Shown piece by piece: positions 19,254 to 27,948 of a stretch of DNA of 64,000 nucleotides; the first letter of the stretch is position 1, and each line of letters opens with the position of its first letter. Origin of the DNA: an uncultured bacterium (GTDB taxonomy: Bacteria; Hydrothermota; Tepidihabitantia; SM23-42; CAYGYG01); assembly GCA_964354155.1 (NCBI GenBank), contig CAYGYG010000001.1:11121-75120 (forward strand). The letters run 5' to 3'. The notes under the pieces are model-generated. The model ran no database searches and had not been told where the DNA came from. It saw nothing but the letters and a program-made list of their open reading frames with translations. The translations under genes were made by a program, and so were the position numbers.

Positions 19254-20136
19254 GATGGTCCATGTCGCGGTGCAGCAATTTCACCGCGCGCCGTGATTTC
19301 TTGAGGGCGCCCTCCAGCCACGTGCCGACCACGACCGAGCGATGCCGGCCCCCGCTGCAGCCCAGCCCAATAGTCAAGCAAGACTTACCTTCCTTTTCGT
19401 AGCCCGGCATGAGGAATTTAAGAAGACTGATAAGCTTTGTCAGGAAGAGCTTGGTGCGGCGGTGACCCAGGACGTACCTTTTCACCTTCTGGTGCGTGCC
19501 GTCGTATTTCATCAGGCGGGATTCGTAGTGGGGATTGGGCAGGAACCTGAGGTCGATGACGATGTCGGCTTCCGGGGGGATACCGTGCCGGTAGCCGAAG
19601 GTGATTATGTTGACCGTCATGCCGTGGGCGCCTCGGCCCGCGAAAAGCTCGAGGATTCTCTCTCTCAGGGTCCAGACATTGTGCTTATCAGTATCAACTA
19701 CTACGTGAGCCCTTTGTCGCAACGGCTTGAGCATCTTCCGCTCGCGGCGGATACTATCGCGCAAATCGCCTTGGTCCAGAGGATGAGGTCGTCTGCTTTC
19801 CGAATAACGGTGCATGAGGACTTCATCCGATGCCTCGAGGAAGAGCAACTGGTAGTCAAGTTTCAATCCGGCCAGCTCGCCGAAAACTGCTTCGATGCTC
19901 TCGAGGAACTCTCGGTCCCGGACATCGATGACCAGGGCGATCCGATTTATCTTCCATCCGGTTTGGGTGAAGATCTGGGCAAACTTGGGGAGCAAGGTTG
20001 TAGGTAGATTGTCGACGCAGAAATAACCCGAATCCTCAAGAATCCCCGACACCGTTGACTTACCGGCGCCCGAGAGTCCGGTGACGATGACGAAGCGCGG
20101 CTTATTCCAAGTCCTCATCGGCGCGTTCTTCTTCAA
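19246..20136 (-). CDS. rapZ: RNase adapter protein RapZ (YhbJ family P-loop protein)
   Basis: Walker A GLSGAGKST near the N-terminus and the C-terminal GCSGGRHRSV motif typical of RapZ. The true start may be the second Met at 20118. Confidence 0.8.
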   Translation of the reverse strand: MKKNAPMRTWNKPRFVIVTGLSGAGKSTVSGILEDSGYFCVDNLPTTLLPKFAQIFTQTGWKINRIALVIDVRDREFLESIEAVFGELAGLKLDYQLLFLEASDEVLMHRYSESRRPHPLDQGDLRDSIRRERKMLKPLRQRAHVVVDTDKHNVWTLRERILELFAGRGAHGMTVNIITFGYRHGIPPEADIVIDLRFLPNPHYESRLMKYDGTHQKVKRYVLGHRRTKLFLTKLISLLKFLMPGYEKEGKSCLTIGLGCSGGRHRSVVVGTWLEGALKKSRRAVKLLHRDMDHRD

Positions 20137-21079
20137 CCTGCCGGCGCTTCATTACCTGTTTCAGCTCATCATCATACTCCTGGGCGGGGTTGATACCGCG
20201 CAGTTTGAGGAGCTGGTTGATGGCGATGACTTCGACAATCGTCGAGACGTTCTTTCCGGGAACCAGCGGTATCTGGATATGGGGAATATTGACACCAAGT
20301 ATTTCCTTGAACCGGTCGGCAATGCCGGTGCGCTCGTACGTATCTTTGGTTTCATCCCAGAACACGAGCTCGACGACAGCCTCGACGCGCTTCTGACGAC
20401 GAACTGCCTTCGCTCCGAAAACCCTGAAGACGTCGACGATCCCGACGCCTCGGATTTCGATATAGTGCTTAAGCCGGCTCGATTTCTCACAGCCGGTTCC
20501 GATCAAGAGGCCGGCGCGGTGGGTCAGCAGAATGAGGTCGTCGGCGATAAGCCGGTGGCCGCGTTCGACGAGGTCCAGAGCAAGTTCACTCTTACCGATG
20601 CCCGCCTTGCCGATCAGCAGGACGCCGACACCGAAAATGTCGACTAAGGTGCCGTGAATGTTGCAGCGCGGCGCCAACTTGATGTTCAAATAGCCGGTTA
20701 GTTGGTGGATGAAGGGTGTGGTCGAGAGCGAGGTGCGGAATAAGGGCACTCCCAGGCGGCTGGCCTGGGTGACAAGTTCTTTGGGGATCACCAACCCCTC
20801 GGTGACGACGATGCACGGCGGCCCAAAGCCAACGACGGTCCGAATCGCCTTAGTCCGCTGGGGGGCTCTGAGAATGGAAAGGTAGGCGCTCTCGGTCTTG
20901 CCGATAATCAGAATCCGTTCTTTCAGGAAGTACTCGGTGAATCCGGCCAGGGCCAGCATCGGACGGTAGATGTCGACGACGGTGATGAAGCGTCGGTCGA
21001 GCCCTTTGCCGCCGGCGAGCAGTTCCAGTTTGAGGTCGTCTTTCTTCTCACGGTAAAGGGAACGGATCGGCAGGCTCAT
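20102..21079 (-). CDS. hprK: HPr kinase/phosphorylase
   Basis: Walker A GKAGIGKSE and LIADD motif in a ~325 aa protein. Confidence 0.85.
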   Translation of the reverse strand: MSLPIRSLYREKKDDLKLELLAGGKGLDRRFITVVDIYRPMLALAGFTEYFLKERILIIGKTESAYLSILRAPQRTKAIRTVVGFGPPCIVVTEGLVIPKELVTQASRLGVPLFRTSLSTTPFIHQLTGYLNIKLAPRCNIHGTLVDIFGVGVLLIGKAGIGKSELALDLVERGHRLIADDLILLTHRAGLLIGTGCEKSSRLKHYIEIRGVGIVDVFRVFGAKAVRRQKRVEAVVELVFWDETKDTYERTGIADRFKEILGVNIPHIQIPLVPGKNVSTIVEVIAINQLLKLRGINPAQEYDDELKQVMKRRQVEEERADEDLE

Positions 21080-21417
21080 AATTCTCTTTTGCCCTTCTGG
21101 GCCAGTCGTTTTCTTTCGCGGCGTTTGTCATGATGCTTCTTGAGTTGCTTCTCGACTTTGACGAACACATCGTGGATACCCTGATACATGTCGTTGGTTC
21201 TCATGTCGGCACGCAAGAAGCCTTTCTTCACTGAGACGGTGAGTTCAACTAAGTCGAGTGGTTTCTCTTTTTCAAGAATGAGATGGGCATCGATGATGAA
21301 CGGTGCGAAGCGGTCGAACTTGGCGATCAATTCCTGGGCCGCGTCCTGCAGGGCTTCAGTCAGTGCAAAGTTGCGGGCGGTGATCTTCAGATCCATGAAA
21401 CCTCCCTTAGTCGCCAC
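21076..21417 (-). CDS. hpf: Ribosome hibernation promoting factor (HPF/RaiA, sigma-54 modulation protein family)
   Basis: MDLKITARNF...LTEALQD... typical S30AE-family N-terminus. 113 aa. Confidence 0.8.
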   Translation of the reverse strand: MATKGGFMDLKITARNFALTEALQDAAQELIAKFDRFAPFIIDAHLILEKEKPLDLVELTVSVKKGFLRADMRTNDMYQGIHDVFVKVEKQLKKHHDKRRERKRLAQKGKREL

Positions 21418-22021
21418 GGATTTTCTTGATGATTCCTTTTATTCCGGTTTCGTCTTTCTTATCATCGGCTCGGCTCTTTTCTTCTTTCATTACCCGCACC
21501 AAACCTGAAGAGACCAGACCAAAGAGGATTCGTGCCGTATCGAAATCGGGCAAATTGGCCTTGCGCGCGATTTCTTTGATGCTGGTATGGCTGTCGACGA
21601 AAGACAGTACCTTCCATTCTTCGGGGCGCAGGTTGATGTTCTCGATACCGGCGTCCGGCACTTCAACGATTTTGACCTTGGCATCGAGTGACGGTATGAC
21701 CTTTTCGATTCGCTGCCACTCATCAACGCGGCGGGCGGCTTCAAGGATGATGAACTGGATGGGCTGTCCGATCGTCGTTTCCGTGGTCTCTTCATTGGGG
21801 ATGAAAACGAATTTACCTTTGGACCAACGCAGGATTTCCTGGATGGCGATTTCACCGGTTTGCGGGCCGGCCCGGGCATGAGTGACGATGCCGGTCTTGA
21901 AATAGATGACACCGACATTAGTTGATGTTTGAATGCGGAGGCAACCAGCCTTCTGGCCGAGCTGGATCAGTTGGAATATGTCCGTTATTTCGAAATCTTC
22001 GAGACTGCCTTCTAAGGCCAA
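21407..22021 (-). CDS. DUF4388 domain protein
   Basis: N-terminal LEGSLEDFEITDIFQLIQLGQKAG matches the DUF4388 consensus (L.G.L..F.L.D.LQL...G.TG). Confidence 0.5.
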   Translation of the reverse strand: MALEGSLEDFEITDIFQLIQLGQKAGCLRIQTSTNVGVIYFKTGIVTHARAGPQTGEIAIQEILRWSKGKFVFIPNEETTETTIGQPIQFIILEAARRVDEWQRIEKVIPSLDAKVKIVEVPDAGIENINLRPEEWKVLSFVDSHTSIKEIARKANLPDFDTARILFGLVSSGLVRVMKEEKSRADDKKDETGIKGIIKKIRGD

Positions 22022-22972
22022 CTAACCCTCCTGGACGATACCCATGCGCCGATACTTCTCAACCCGCTGTTCGATTAGTTTGCCGGTCGGCAGTTTGGTC
22101 AATTCGTCCAGTGTCGCAACGAGGACCTGCTTGAGATTCACGGCCATGCCGTTCCAGTCGCGGTGAGCACCGCCCACCGGTTCGGGAATGACCCGGTCGA
22201 TGATTTTGAGCGCGAGCAGGTCTTGGGCCGTGATCTTCATCGCCTCGGCGGCCTCCTGAGCTTTGGTGCTGTCACGCCAGAGGATCGAGGCGCACCCCTC
22301 CGGCGAAATCACCGAGTAGTAGGAGTTCTCGAACATAAAAACGCGGTCGCCGAGGGCAATCGCGATCGCGCCGCCGCTGCAGCCTTCGCCGATAATCACG
22401 ACGACAATCGGTGTTTCGAGCAGGGACATCTCCCGCATATTCCGGGCGATCGCTTCGGCCTGGCCGCGCTCCTCAGCACCGACCCCGGGATAGGCACCGG
22501 GCGTGTCGACGAGGCAGATAACGGGGAGCGAAAACTTCTGGGCGAAATAGAACAGACGTAGCGCCTTGCGATACCCTTCCGGATGCGGGCTCCCAAAATT
22601 GCGCCGGATTTTCTCCTTGATATCACGCCCCTTCTGCTCAGCGATAATGACCACCGGATACTGGTCAATCTGACCCAGGCCGGCAACAATGGCATTGTCA
22701 TCGGCAAAAAGCCGGTCGCCGTGCGTTTCCACGAAGTCGGTGACGATCAGGTTAATAATGTCCAGGGAGTATGGCCGGCGGGGATGCCGGGCCAGCTGCA
22801 CGCGCTGCCACCGGGTCAAGTTCGAGTAGATCTTCTTTCTCAGACGCTCGGCTTGCTTTTCGAGGCGCGTGATTTCCTCAACGATCTCCGGCGATTCAAG
22901 GGCCTTGAGCTCCTGGATTTTTTTCTCAAGCTCAACGATCGGTTTTTCGAAATCGAGCCAGATACTGTTCAC
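22022..22972 (-). CDS. accA: Acetyl-CoA carboxylase carboxyltransferase alpha subunit
   Basis: AccA motifs (LDFEKPIVELEKKIQEL, GGAHRD). The start is reassigned to the GTG at 22972, which overlaps the upstream gene's TGA (GTGA). The ORF-track start is 28 codons further upstream. Confidence 0.9.
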   Translation of the reverse strand: MNSIWLDFEKPIVELEKKIQELKALESPEIVEEITRLEKQAERLRKKIYSNLTRWQRVQLARHPRRPYSLDIINLIVTDFVETHGDRLFADDNAIVAGLGQIDQYPVVIIAEQKGRDIKEKIRRNFGSPHPEGYRKALRLFYFAQKFSLPVICLVDTPGAYPGVGAEERGQAEAIARNMREMSLLETPIVVVIIGEGCSGGAIAIALGDRVFMFENSYYSVISPEGCASILWRDSTKAQEAAEAMKITAQDLLALKIIDRVIPEPVGGAHRDWNGMAVNLKQVLVATLDELTKLPTGKLIEQRVEKYRRMGIVQEG

Positions 22973-23823
22973 GGCAGACTTCTCTTCAGGCCGAAATAAT
23001 GGCTGAAGCCGAGGTTCTTGGGCAGGTAGGCAAGGCCGTAGTCGAGGGCCAGCCATGACCAGCCGAGGCCGAAGCCGCCGGTCAGGGTCGGTCCGTCGAA
23101 ATAGCGAACGCCGCCGCGCAGGGTGAAGTGGCGGGAGAGGGTGAATTGCTCACCGAAATTGAGTGCCCAGTCCCGGGAACGAAGTAAATAGTGGAATTCA
23201 ATGCCGCCCAGGAACTTCCCGGTCGTATTGGAGTAGCCGAGGCTCAGGCGCATCGGCAGGCCGTAGGGTTCATTCCTCAGCTCCAGGGAATTACCGATGT
23301 CAAAACCGCCCAGCGAGATCTGGTTGCTTTGGCTCGGTAGGAAATTGAGAGCAAAGTTGAACGCCCGGGCGCTGGACGAGTAGACGTAGATATATTCCTT
23401 GATGTACTTGAAACTGAGTCCGACATTGCCCTTGGGTGAGATCGATGCGGACAGGCCCAGGATAAGCGACAGGTCATTGGCGTGGAAGATCGTACTGTTG
23501 TCTTCAGTCGGATAGTCGGGCTTGAACGTGAGGTCACCGTAGTCGAAATTCACCAGGCCCAGACCGAGGTTCACTTTGGCAATCCGGCGCGACAGAAAGA
23601 GGGAGGAATGCTCGATGTCAAGGAAGAGGCGCCCGTAGGAGATCGAAAAGAGCAGATCGTTACCCGGCACGCGGAGGGCGGCAGGATTGAGATAGACGGC
23701 TTCCGGTCCGCAACTCAACGCAAAGCCCGCGCCGCCCAGGGCCAATTCACGGGCGGTCGGGCAGAGCAGCGCCGACGCCAGCCCTTCACTGGAAAAAATT
23801 AGTAGCGAAAGCAGGATGTTCAT
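22969..23823 (-). CDS. Putative outer-membrane beta-barrel protein
   Basis: Signal peptide followed by an alternating hydrophobic, Gly/Tyr-rich beta-strand pattern and a C-terminal aromatic residue region. Translationally coupled to accA. Confidence 0.45.
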   Translation of the reverse strand: MNILLSLLIFSSEGLASALLCPTARELALGGAGFALSCGPEAVYLNPAALRVPGNDLLFSISYGRLFLDIEHSSLFLSRRIAKVNLGLGLVNFDYGDLTFKPDYPTEDNSTIFHANDLSLILGLSASISPKGNVGLSFKYIKEYIYVYSSSARAFNFALNFLPSQSNQISLGGFDIGNSLELRNEPYGLPMRLSLGYSNTTGKFLGGIEFHYLLRSRDWALNFGEQFTLSRHFTLRGGVRYFDGPTLTGGFGLGWSWLALDYGLAYLPKNLGFSHYFGLKRSLP

Positions 23824-23825
23824 TG

Positions 23826-24953
23826 CTAACTCTCAATGATTTCGACGTTGGCCCGGGGCAACACAACGCGCCGGGCGTCATCAAGTTCAACCTCCAGGAC
23901 CCGAACCTTGGCCTCGGTCTCAATGACCTGCAATTCCGACGGGAGATTCGTCACTTTGCCCAATTTGCCGAAGTACGGCTCCCGGATGACACGGATCGGC
24001 GTACCGATGACGAGACCACCTTCCTGCAAAGTGGATTTCTTGATATCGGTCCGGTCTTTTGCTTCGAGCGGCACGATCACCTCGGGTCGTATGACACCGG
24101 CCCTAATCTGCGTTGCGCCGTTGATCGAAGCGCATTTTCCGGACAGGGAGTTGAGGAGTCGGAAGGTGCGGTCGGCCATGCGCAGCCGGCCGAATCCTTC
24201 GGTCGCAATCAAAGTCAGCCCGCGTTTCTCCGAGCCAGTTATCGCGACGCCGATGTCGTAGCCGAGGAATCTCTTCAAGTCCCCGTCTTCGATTCCGCCG
24301 ATGACAATTCCTTTGACGCCGACTTTCACTGCTTTTTCCATCGCCGCCGAGTCCACGATCGAACCACCGATTATGATCTTGCCCGTGCATTTCTCGTCGA
24401 TTTCGGCGGCGGTCAACGGTGCGTCCGGATTGGCGGCTACGGTCATAAGGGGTCCGATCATTTCACCGCCGATACCAAAGATTCCCTGAATGAAACTTGC
24501 TTTGGTTTCGATCTTGACACCCTCATCAGGGAAGACGTCGATGACGTTGCCGTCGATGTAGGCTATGACTTCAACCAGGATGGGTGGCTCGCGTAAAATT
24601 ACCTGGCCGGTAATCTTGGAGATGCTTTCGATCTCGCTATCAACCGGAGCCGTGACTTTCGATTTGAGCAGACCGAAAAAACCCTTGCTTTGGGCCATCA
24701 CTTCGCCCTTCTTGACCTTGTCACCGACCTTTTTGAGCATTGCGAGTTCCACTTCCTCAGCCAGGACTCCGAGAAGACCGGCGACATTAACCGTCTGTAC
24801 ATTGCCCGGCAAGTTAGTGCGGGCCACGACCTCGGTCGCAGTGACCTGGGCGTTCTTGTCAACCAAGATTGTGCCCGGGAGCGGAAGCCGGCGATCTTTG
24901 ATAACTGATGTTCTTTCTATTACTTTGAGACCAGGCGTATAGGCATGAGCCAC
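23826..24953 (-). CDS. Hypothetical protein (375 aa) containing a biotinyl/lipoyl-like 'hybrid' beta-barrel motif
   Basis: Long ORF with good codon usage. Contains a KVGDKVKKGEVMA hybrid motif. No family could be assigned from sequence alone. Confidence 0.45.
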   Translation of the reverse strand: MAHAYTPGLKVIERTSVIKDRRLPLPGTILVDKNAQVTATEVVARTNLPGNVQTVNVAGLLGVLAEEVELAMLKKVGDKVKKGEVMAQSKGFFGLLKSKVTAPVDSEIESISKITGQVILREPPILVEVIAYIDGNVIDVFPDEGVKIETKASFIQGIFGIGGEMIGPLMTVAANPDAPLTAAEIDEKCTGKIIIGGSIVDSAAMEKAVKVGVKGIVIGGIEDGDLKRFLGYDIGVAITGSEKRGLTLIATEGFGRLRMADRTFRLLNSLSGKCASINGATQIRAGVIRPEVIVPLEAKDRTDIKKSTLQEGGLVIGTPIRVIREPYFGKLGKVTNLPSELQVIETEAKVRVLEVELDDARRVVLPRANVEIIES

Positions 24954-25181
24954 GACAACTCCTTGTTTTGAGCACTCGGCTCAGGATGCATCCATCCTGG
25001 GCGATTGAACGAGAAAAGGCTAACTCGAATTATATTCGAAAGCGTTGGAAAGTCAACTGTGTAATCGCCGAAAGGACGGGCCCGGCACGGGAAACATGGA
25101 TCCTTGACCCCGCACTTTCGATTTCCGGTTTTTTACACACATCAAAGGTCTCGACCATCATTGGGCTGACGTCTTTCTATT

Positions 25182-25409
25182 CGGTGCGGCACTAGCGCCC
25201 CCTCCAACTAATAGGCGCCAATGATATTTAGCTTTTCTGGGGGCGCTGAGGGGGTATGGGGGAGAGCGCTCCCCCATGTCCGGGGGGTGCTCAGCGAGTT
25301 CTATACCTAGGACGAGCGCCGAAGGGGGGTGTACCCCCTAGCGGAAGTGCCGCACCACAAACAGGCAAAACAATTCTTGGGTGAAAAAAGTCGGTGCGGC
25401 ACTAGCGCG
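25182..25409. other. Structured G-rich intergenic element bracketed by 18-bp direct repeats (tcggtgcggcactagcgc), candidate ncRNA or insertion footprint
   Basis: Identical 18-mers at 25182-25199 and 25392-25409. The second copy contains the TAG stop of the upstream transglycosylase gene. The intervening ~190 bp is rich in perfect hairpins (GGGGGAGagcgCTCCCCC, GGGGGGtgtaCCCCCC, cgctgag...ctcagcg). Confidence 0.3.
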
Positions 25410-26010
25410 GAATATTGGTCATGAAGATTGAGCCATCGGGTCGTACAAAGGAATAAATCCGGTTACGGCGCTCCTGAGGAGCGTAACGTCCGGTTATGAA
25501 GTCGACGTACTGTCTGGTTTCCGGGATGGCCGGGACCGCTCGTCTTGCCAGGACGAGCTTAGGCCCAGCATGGTAGGCAGCCAAGGCGAGCTCGATCTCG
25601 CCGCTGAAAAGGTTAAGCAAATAACGAAGGAATTTGACTCCGCCGAAGATATTGTCACGGGGATTCCACGGGTCCTTCACCTTGAGCAGTTTGGCGGTCT
25701 CAGGCATGAGCTGCATCAGCCCCATAGCGCCGCGGGGCGATTTTGCCTTGGGGTTGAAACCCGACTCGCAGAGGATGACGAGTTTGATTAATTCATCGTC
25801 GACCTGATACAGCTCGGCGGCTTCATCGATGATAGAGTCGAACCGGGAGATGTTCTCCCTGAACGGCTGGGGCGGTTGAAAGACGTGGATTGCCTCTTTC
25901 TTGGGGAGATTGGTCAGAATGATGGTCTGCCCGTCACGAACCTGGTTAAGCTTCTGACCGAAAATGACCGTGACCGCCAGGAGCACCGTGCACGCATTGG
26001 ATGGCATCAT
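25402..26010 (-). CDS. Lytic transglycosylase (SLT domain)
   Basis: SLT catalytic motif ESGFNPKAKSPRGAMGLMQLMPETA. Confidence 0.8.
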   Translation of the reverse strand: MMPSNACTVLLAVTVIFGQKLNQVRDGQTIILTNLPKKEAIHVFQPPQPFRENISRFDSIIDEAAELYQVDDELIKLVILCESGFNPKAKSPRGAMGLMQLMPETAKLLKVKDPWNPRDNIFGGVKFLRYLLNLFSGEIELALAAYHAGPKLVLARRAVPAIPETRQYVDFITGRYAPQERRNRIYSFVRPDGSIFMTNIPR

Positions 26011-26013
26011 GCA

Positions 26014-26041
26014 ATTTTAGTTGACTTAAGTTCGTTGTCAA
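26014..26041 (-). promoter_or_regulatory. Sigma-70-like promoter (TTGACA-16-TAAAAT), leaderless, for the lytic transglycosylase gene
   Basis: Minus strand reads TTGACAacgaacttaagtcaacTAAAATtgcATG. Confidence 0.5.
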
Positions 26042-26149
26042 GACAATAAATGGAGTTTGCTGAAAAAGTATCAGCAAACTCCATTACGGTGATTTGCTGA
26101 GGATTACAGAGAGCGATGAATACTCTTTCAGCGCTGTCACACTAGACGA

Positions 26150-26177
26150 TTGACAAGCTGCGAAAAAACGATAGAAT
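26150..26177 (+). promoter_or_regulatory. Sigma-70-like promoter (TTGACA-16-TAGAAT) for the lipoprotein gene
   Basis: TTGACA at 26150-26155, a 16-nt spacer and TAGAAT at 26172-26177. The ATG at 26184 follows 6 nt later. Confidence 0.5.
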
Positions 26178-26183
26178 TTGACG

Positions 26184-27245
26184 ATGAAGCATGTTGGCTT
26201 GGTCCTCGTTCTGTTGCTGCTGGGCTGTGGCCCGAAGAAAATCTCAGTCACGCCCCCGGCCGCGGCAACCGACACGTTGACTATCGCCTACGTTGGCAAT
26301 CTGCAGGACTATTTGTTGTCTGATTCCACCTTCTGGCCGTCGACTTTCGGAGAAACCGCTGCGACAACGTCGATTGTCATTGCTCGGTTTGAGCCGTTGC
26401 CGGGGCTGACCGCGGAGTGGTACGGCCGACTGGGACTCGAGCAGTTCCTGAATGAGGTCTATTCCGGTGCGCTCATCACCGCGGAAGAATTCTTGGCGGC
26501 TGATGCCGGCCGCCACCCGTTTTCGGCAATGAAACCGGCGGGGGGGTCAATGATCAGGAACTTCGATTTCGGGCGGGTCGGCTTTGTCACCGTGCCCGAT
26601 TCCGATGCCACCGACTCGGTCTACTTCGAGTACCGCCGCAACCGTTCCATCCTGAGGGCGCGCAGCGAGATTATGATAGCATTGTCTGAAGGTCCTGACT
26701 TAGTGTCGGACACCGCGGTGAATTTTTCGCTGGCCGGTGGCCGGCGGGTTGGAGCAGTAATCGTCGTCGACCGTACGGTGAAGAAGCTTGAGGCCGGCGC
26801 GATTGTGCCGATGAGCCGGTCCGTCGAGGATCATGCCCGGAAGGAATTGGCTTCTTTTCGGGCCAGGCTGGAAGCGCTGCGTGCCGAAACCCTGTTCATT
26901 TATGGCTCAAACAAAGCATCCAACCACGCGGAGTTTAAGAAGTTCATTGCCGGGCAGATTCGCGCTTTCTTTGCGGCGGGGATGACGGCGATCCCGACAT
27001 CGGTCTTCAGGACCGAACTGGGCCGGGGTCGGCGCGCTTTCACCATCGATTCAGTGGCGGCATACCTGAATGGTAGTATCCGGTTCGGGGTGCGAGCGGT
27101 TGATGAGCAGGAGGCGAAGGCCCTTGTCAAGGATAAAAATCTCTTTGTCACCGGTAATCCGGAAGCAGCGACGACGGTTGCGTGCGCCGTGTCCGACGGT
27201 ATTCAGCTTTACGACGTTATCAGTCGGATTGCCCGCCGGAGATAG
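26184..27245 (+). CDS. Hypothetical lipoprotein
   Basis: Signal peptide with lipobox (LLLLGCGPKK). No recognisable catalytic motifs. The start is reassigned from the ORF-track TTG to the ATG at 26184. Confidence 0.55.
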   Translation: MKHVGLVLVLLLLGCGPKKISVTPPAAATDTLTIAYVGNLQDYLLSDSTFWPSTFGETAATTSIVIARFEPLPGLTAEWYGRLGLEQFLNEVYSGALITAEEFLAADAGRHPFSAMKPAGGSMIRNFDFGRVGFVTVPDSDATDSVYFEYRRNRSILRARSEIMIALSEGPDLVSDTAVNFSLAGGRRVGAVIVVDRTVKKLEAGAIVPMSRSVEDHARKELASFRARLEALRAETLFIYGSNKASNHAEFKKFIAGQIRAFFAAGMTAIPTSVFRTELGRGRRAFTIDSVAAYLNGSIRFGVRAVDEQEAKALVKDKNLFVTGNPEAATTVACAVSDGIQLYDVISRIARRR

Positions 27246-27248
27246 TGA

Positions 27249-27917
27249 ATGAAGATAAGATTGGGACGACTGGCCTGGTCGATTTTCGTTGTGCTGTACC
27301 TCGGCCTTTTTTTCTGGAATTTCTTCATAACAACGTCCAACCGCTGGGTCCCGACATTGTACCTGTATATTCTCATCGGCTGGCTTTCCCTTGAATTCTA
27401 TTTCCGTCAATCGTTCTTCCAGTCCGGTCGTCTGATCACCGAGGATCCTGAGACCAAGGACCGGTACCACCAGATGAATTTCGCGCTGCGTTCGGGTTTT
27501 GCCCTCTTTTTCTATTCGTGCCTGGCTTTGGGCATTGCCGACTACGTGTGGTTGAGGAAGGGACAGGTCACGATGCTGGCGCCCTGGGTGAACATTGTCG
27601 GTATGCTGCTACTCGGTGCTTCAGTTCTGATTCGGGTCAGGGCCGACCTTGCCATGTTCAAACGGCGGCATAAGATCATAAGAGACGGTTTATACGCTTC
27701 GGTTCGGCATCCTGCTTACTTTGGCGCCGTACTGCTGGTGGTTTCAATCCCTTTTGCTTTCAGTTCTTTTCTGGCATTGCTGTATGCGGCGGTTGTCGGT
27801 CTACCCCTGATTTACCTGGAGGCTTCGTTTGAGGACCGCTATCTTGCCGGGAAGAATAGGGATGATTACGAGGAGTATGCCGTGGGAACGAACCTTTTTA
27901 TTCCCGGGATTTTCTGA
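27249..27917 (+). CDS. Isoprenylcysteine carboxyl methyltransferase (ICMT)/phospholipid methyltransferase family membrane protein
   Basis: Multi-TM protein with the C-terminal RHPAYFG...EASFEDRYLAGKNRDDYEEY motif characteristic of the ICMT/PEMT family. Confidence 0.7.
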   Translation: MKIRLGRLAWSIFVVLYLGLFFWNFFITTSNRWVPTLYLYILIGWLSLEFYFRQSFFQSGRLITEDPETKDRYHQMNFALRSGFALFFYSCLALGIADYVWLRKGQVTMLAPWVNIVGMLLLGASVLIRVRADLAMFKRRHKIIRDGLYASVRHPAYFGAVLLVVSIPFAFSSFLALLYAAVVGLPLIYLEASFEDRYLAGKNRDDYEEYAVGTNLFIPGIF

Positions 27918-27948
27918 GAAAAGATGGGGATCTAACCAAGGAGTGACC

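Noticed and set aside
24968-25195. 75-aa ORF in the intergenic region upstream of the 375-aa hypothetical gene
   Set aside because: It has no Shine-Dalgarno or promoter and atypical composition, and it overlaps the structured repeat element. It is more likely non-coding.
25182-25409. tmRNA or RNase P RNA in the G-rich structured region (it begins GGGGGCG like tmRNA)
   Set aside because: There is no tRNA-like 3' end (no GGUUCGAUUCC T-arm). The region is too short (~200 nt) and has no tag-peptide reading frame or RNase P conserved boxes. It is kept only as an unclassified structured element.
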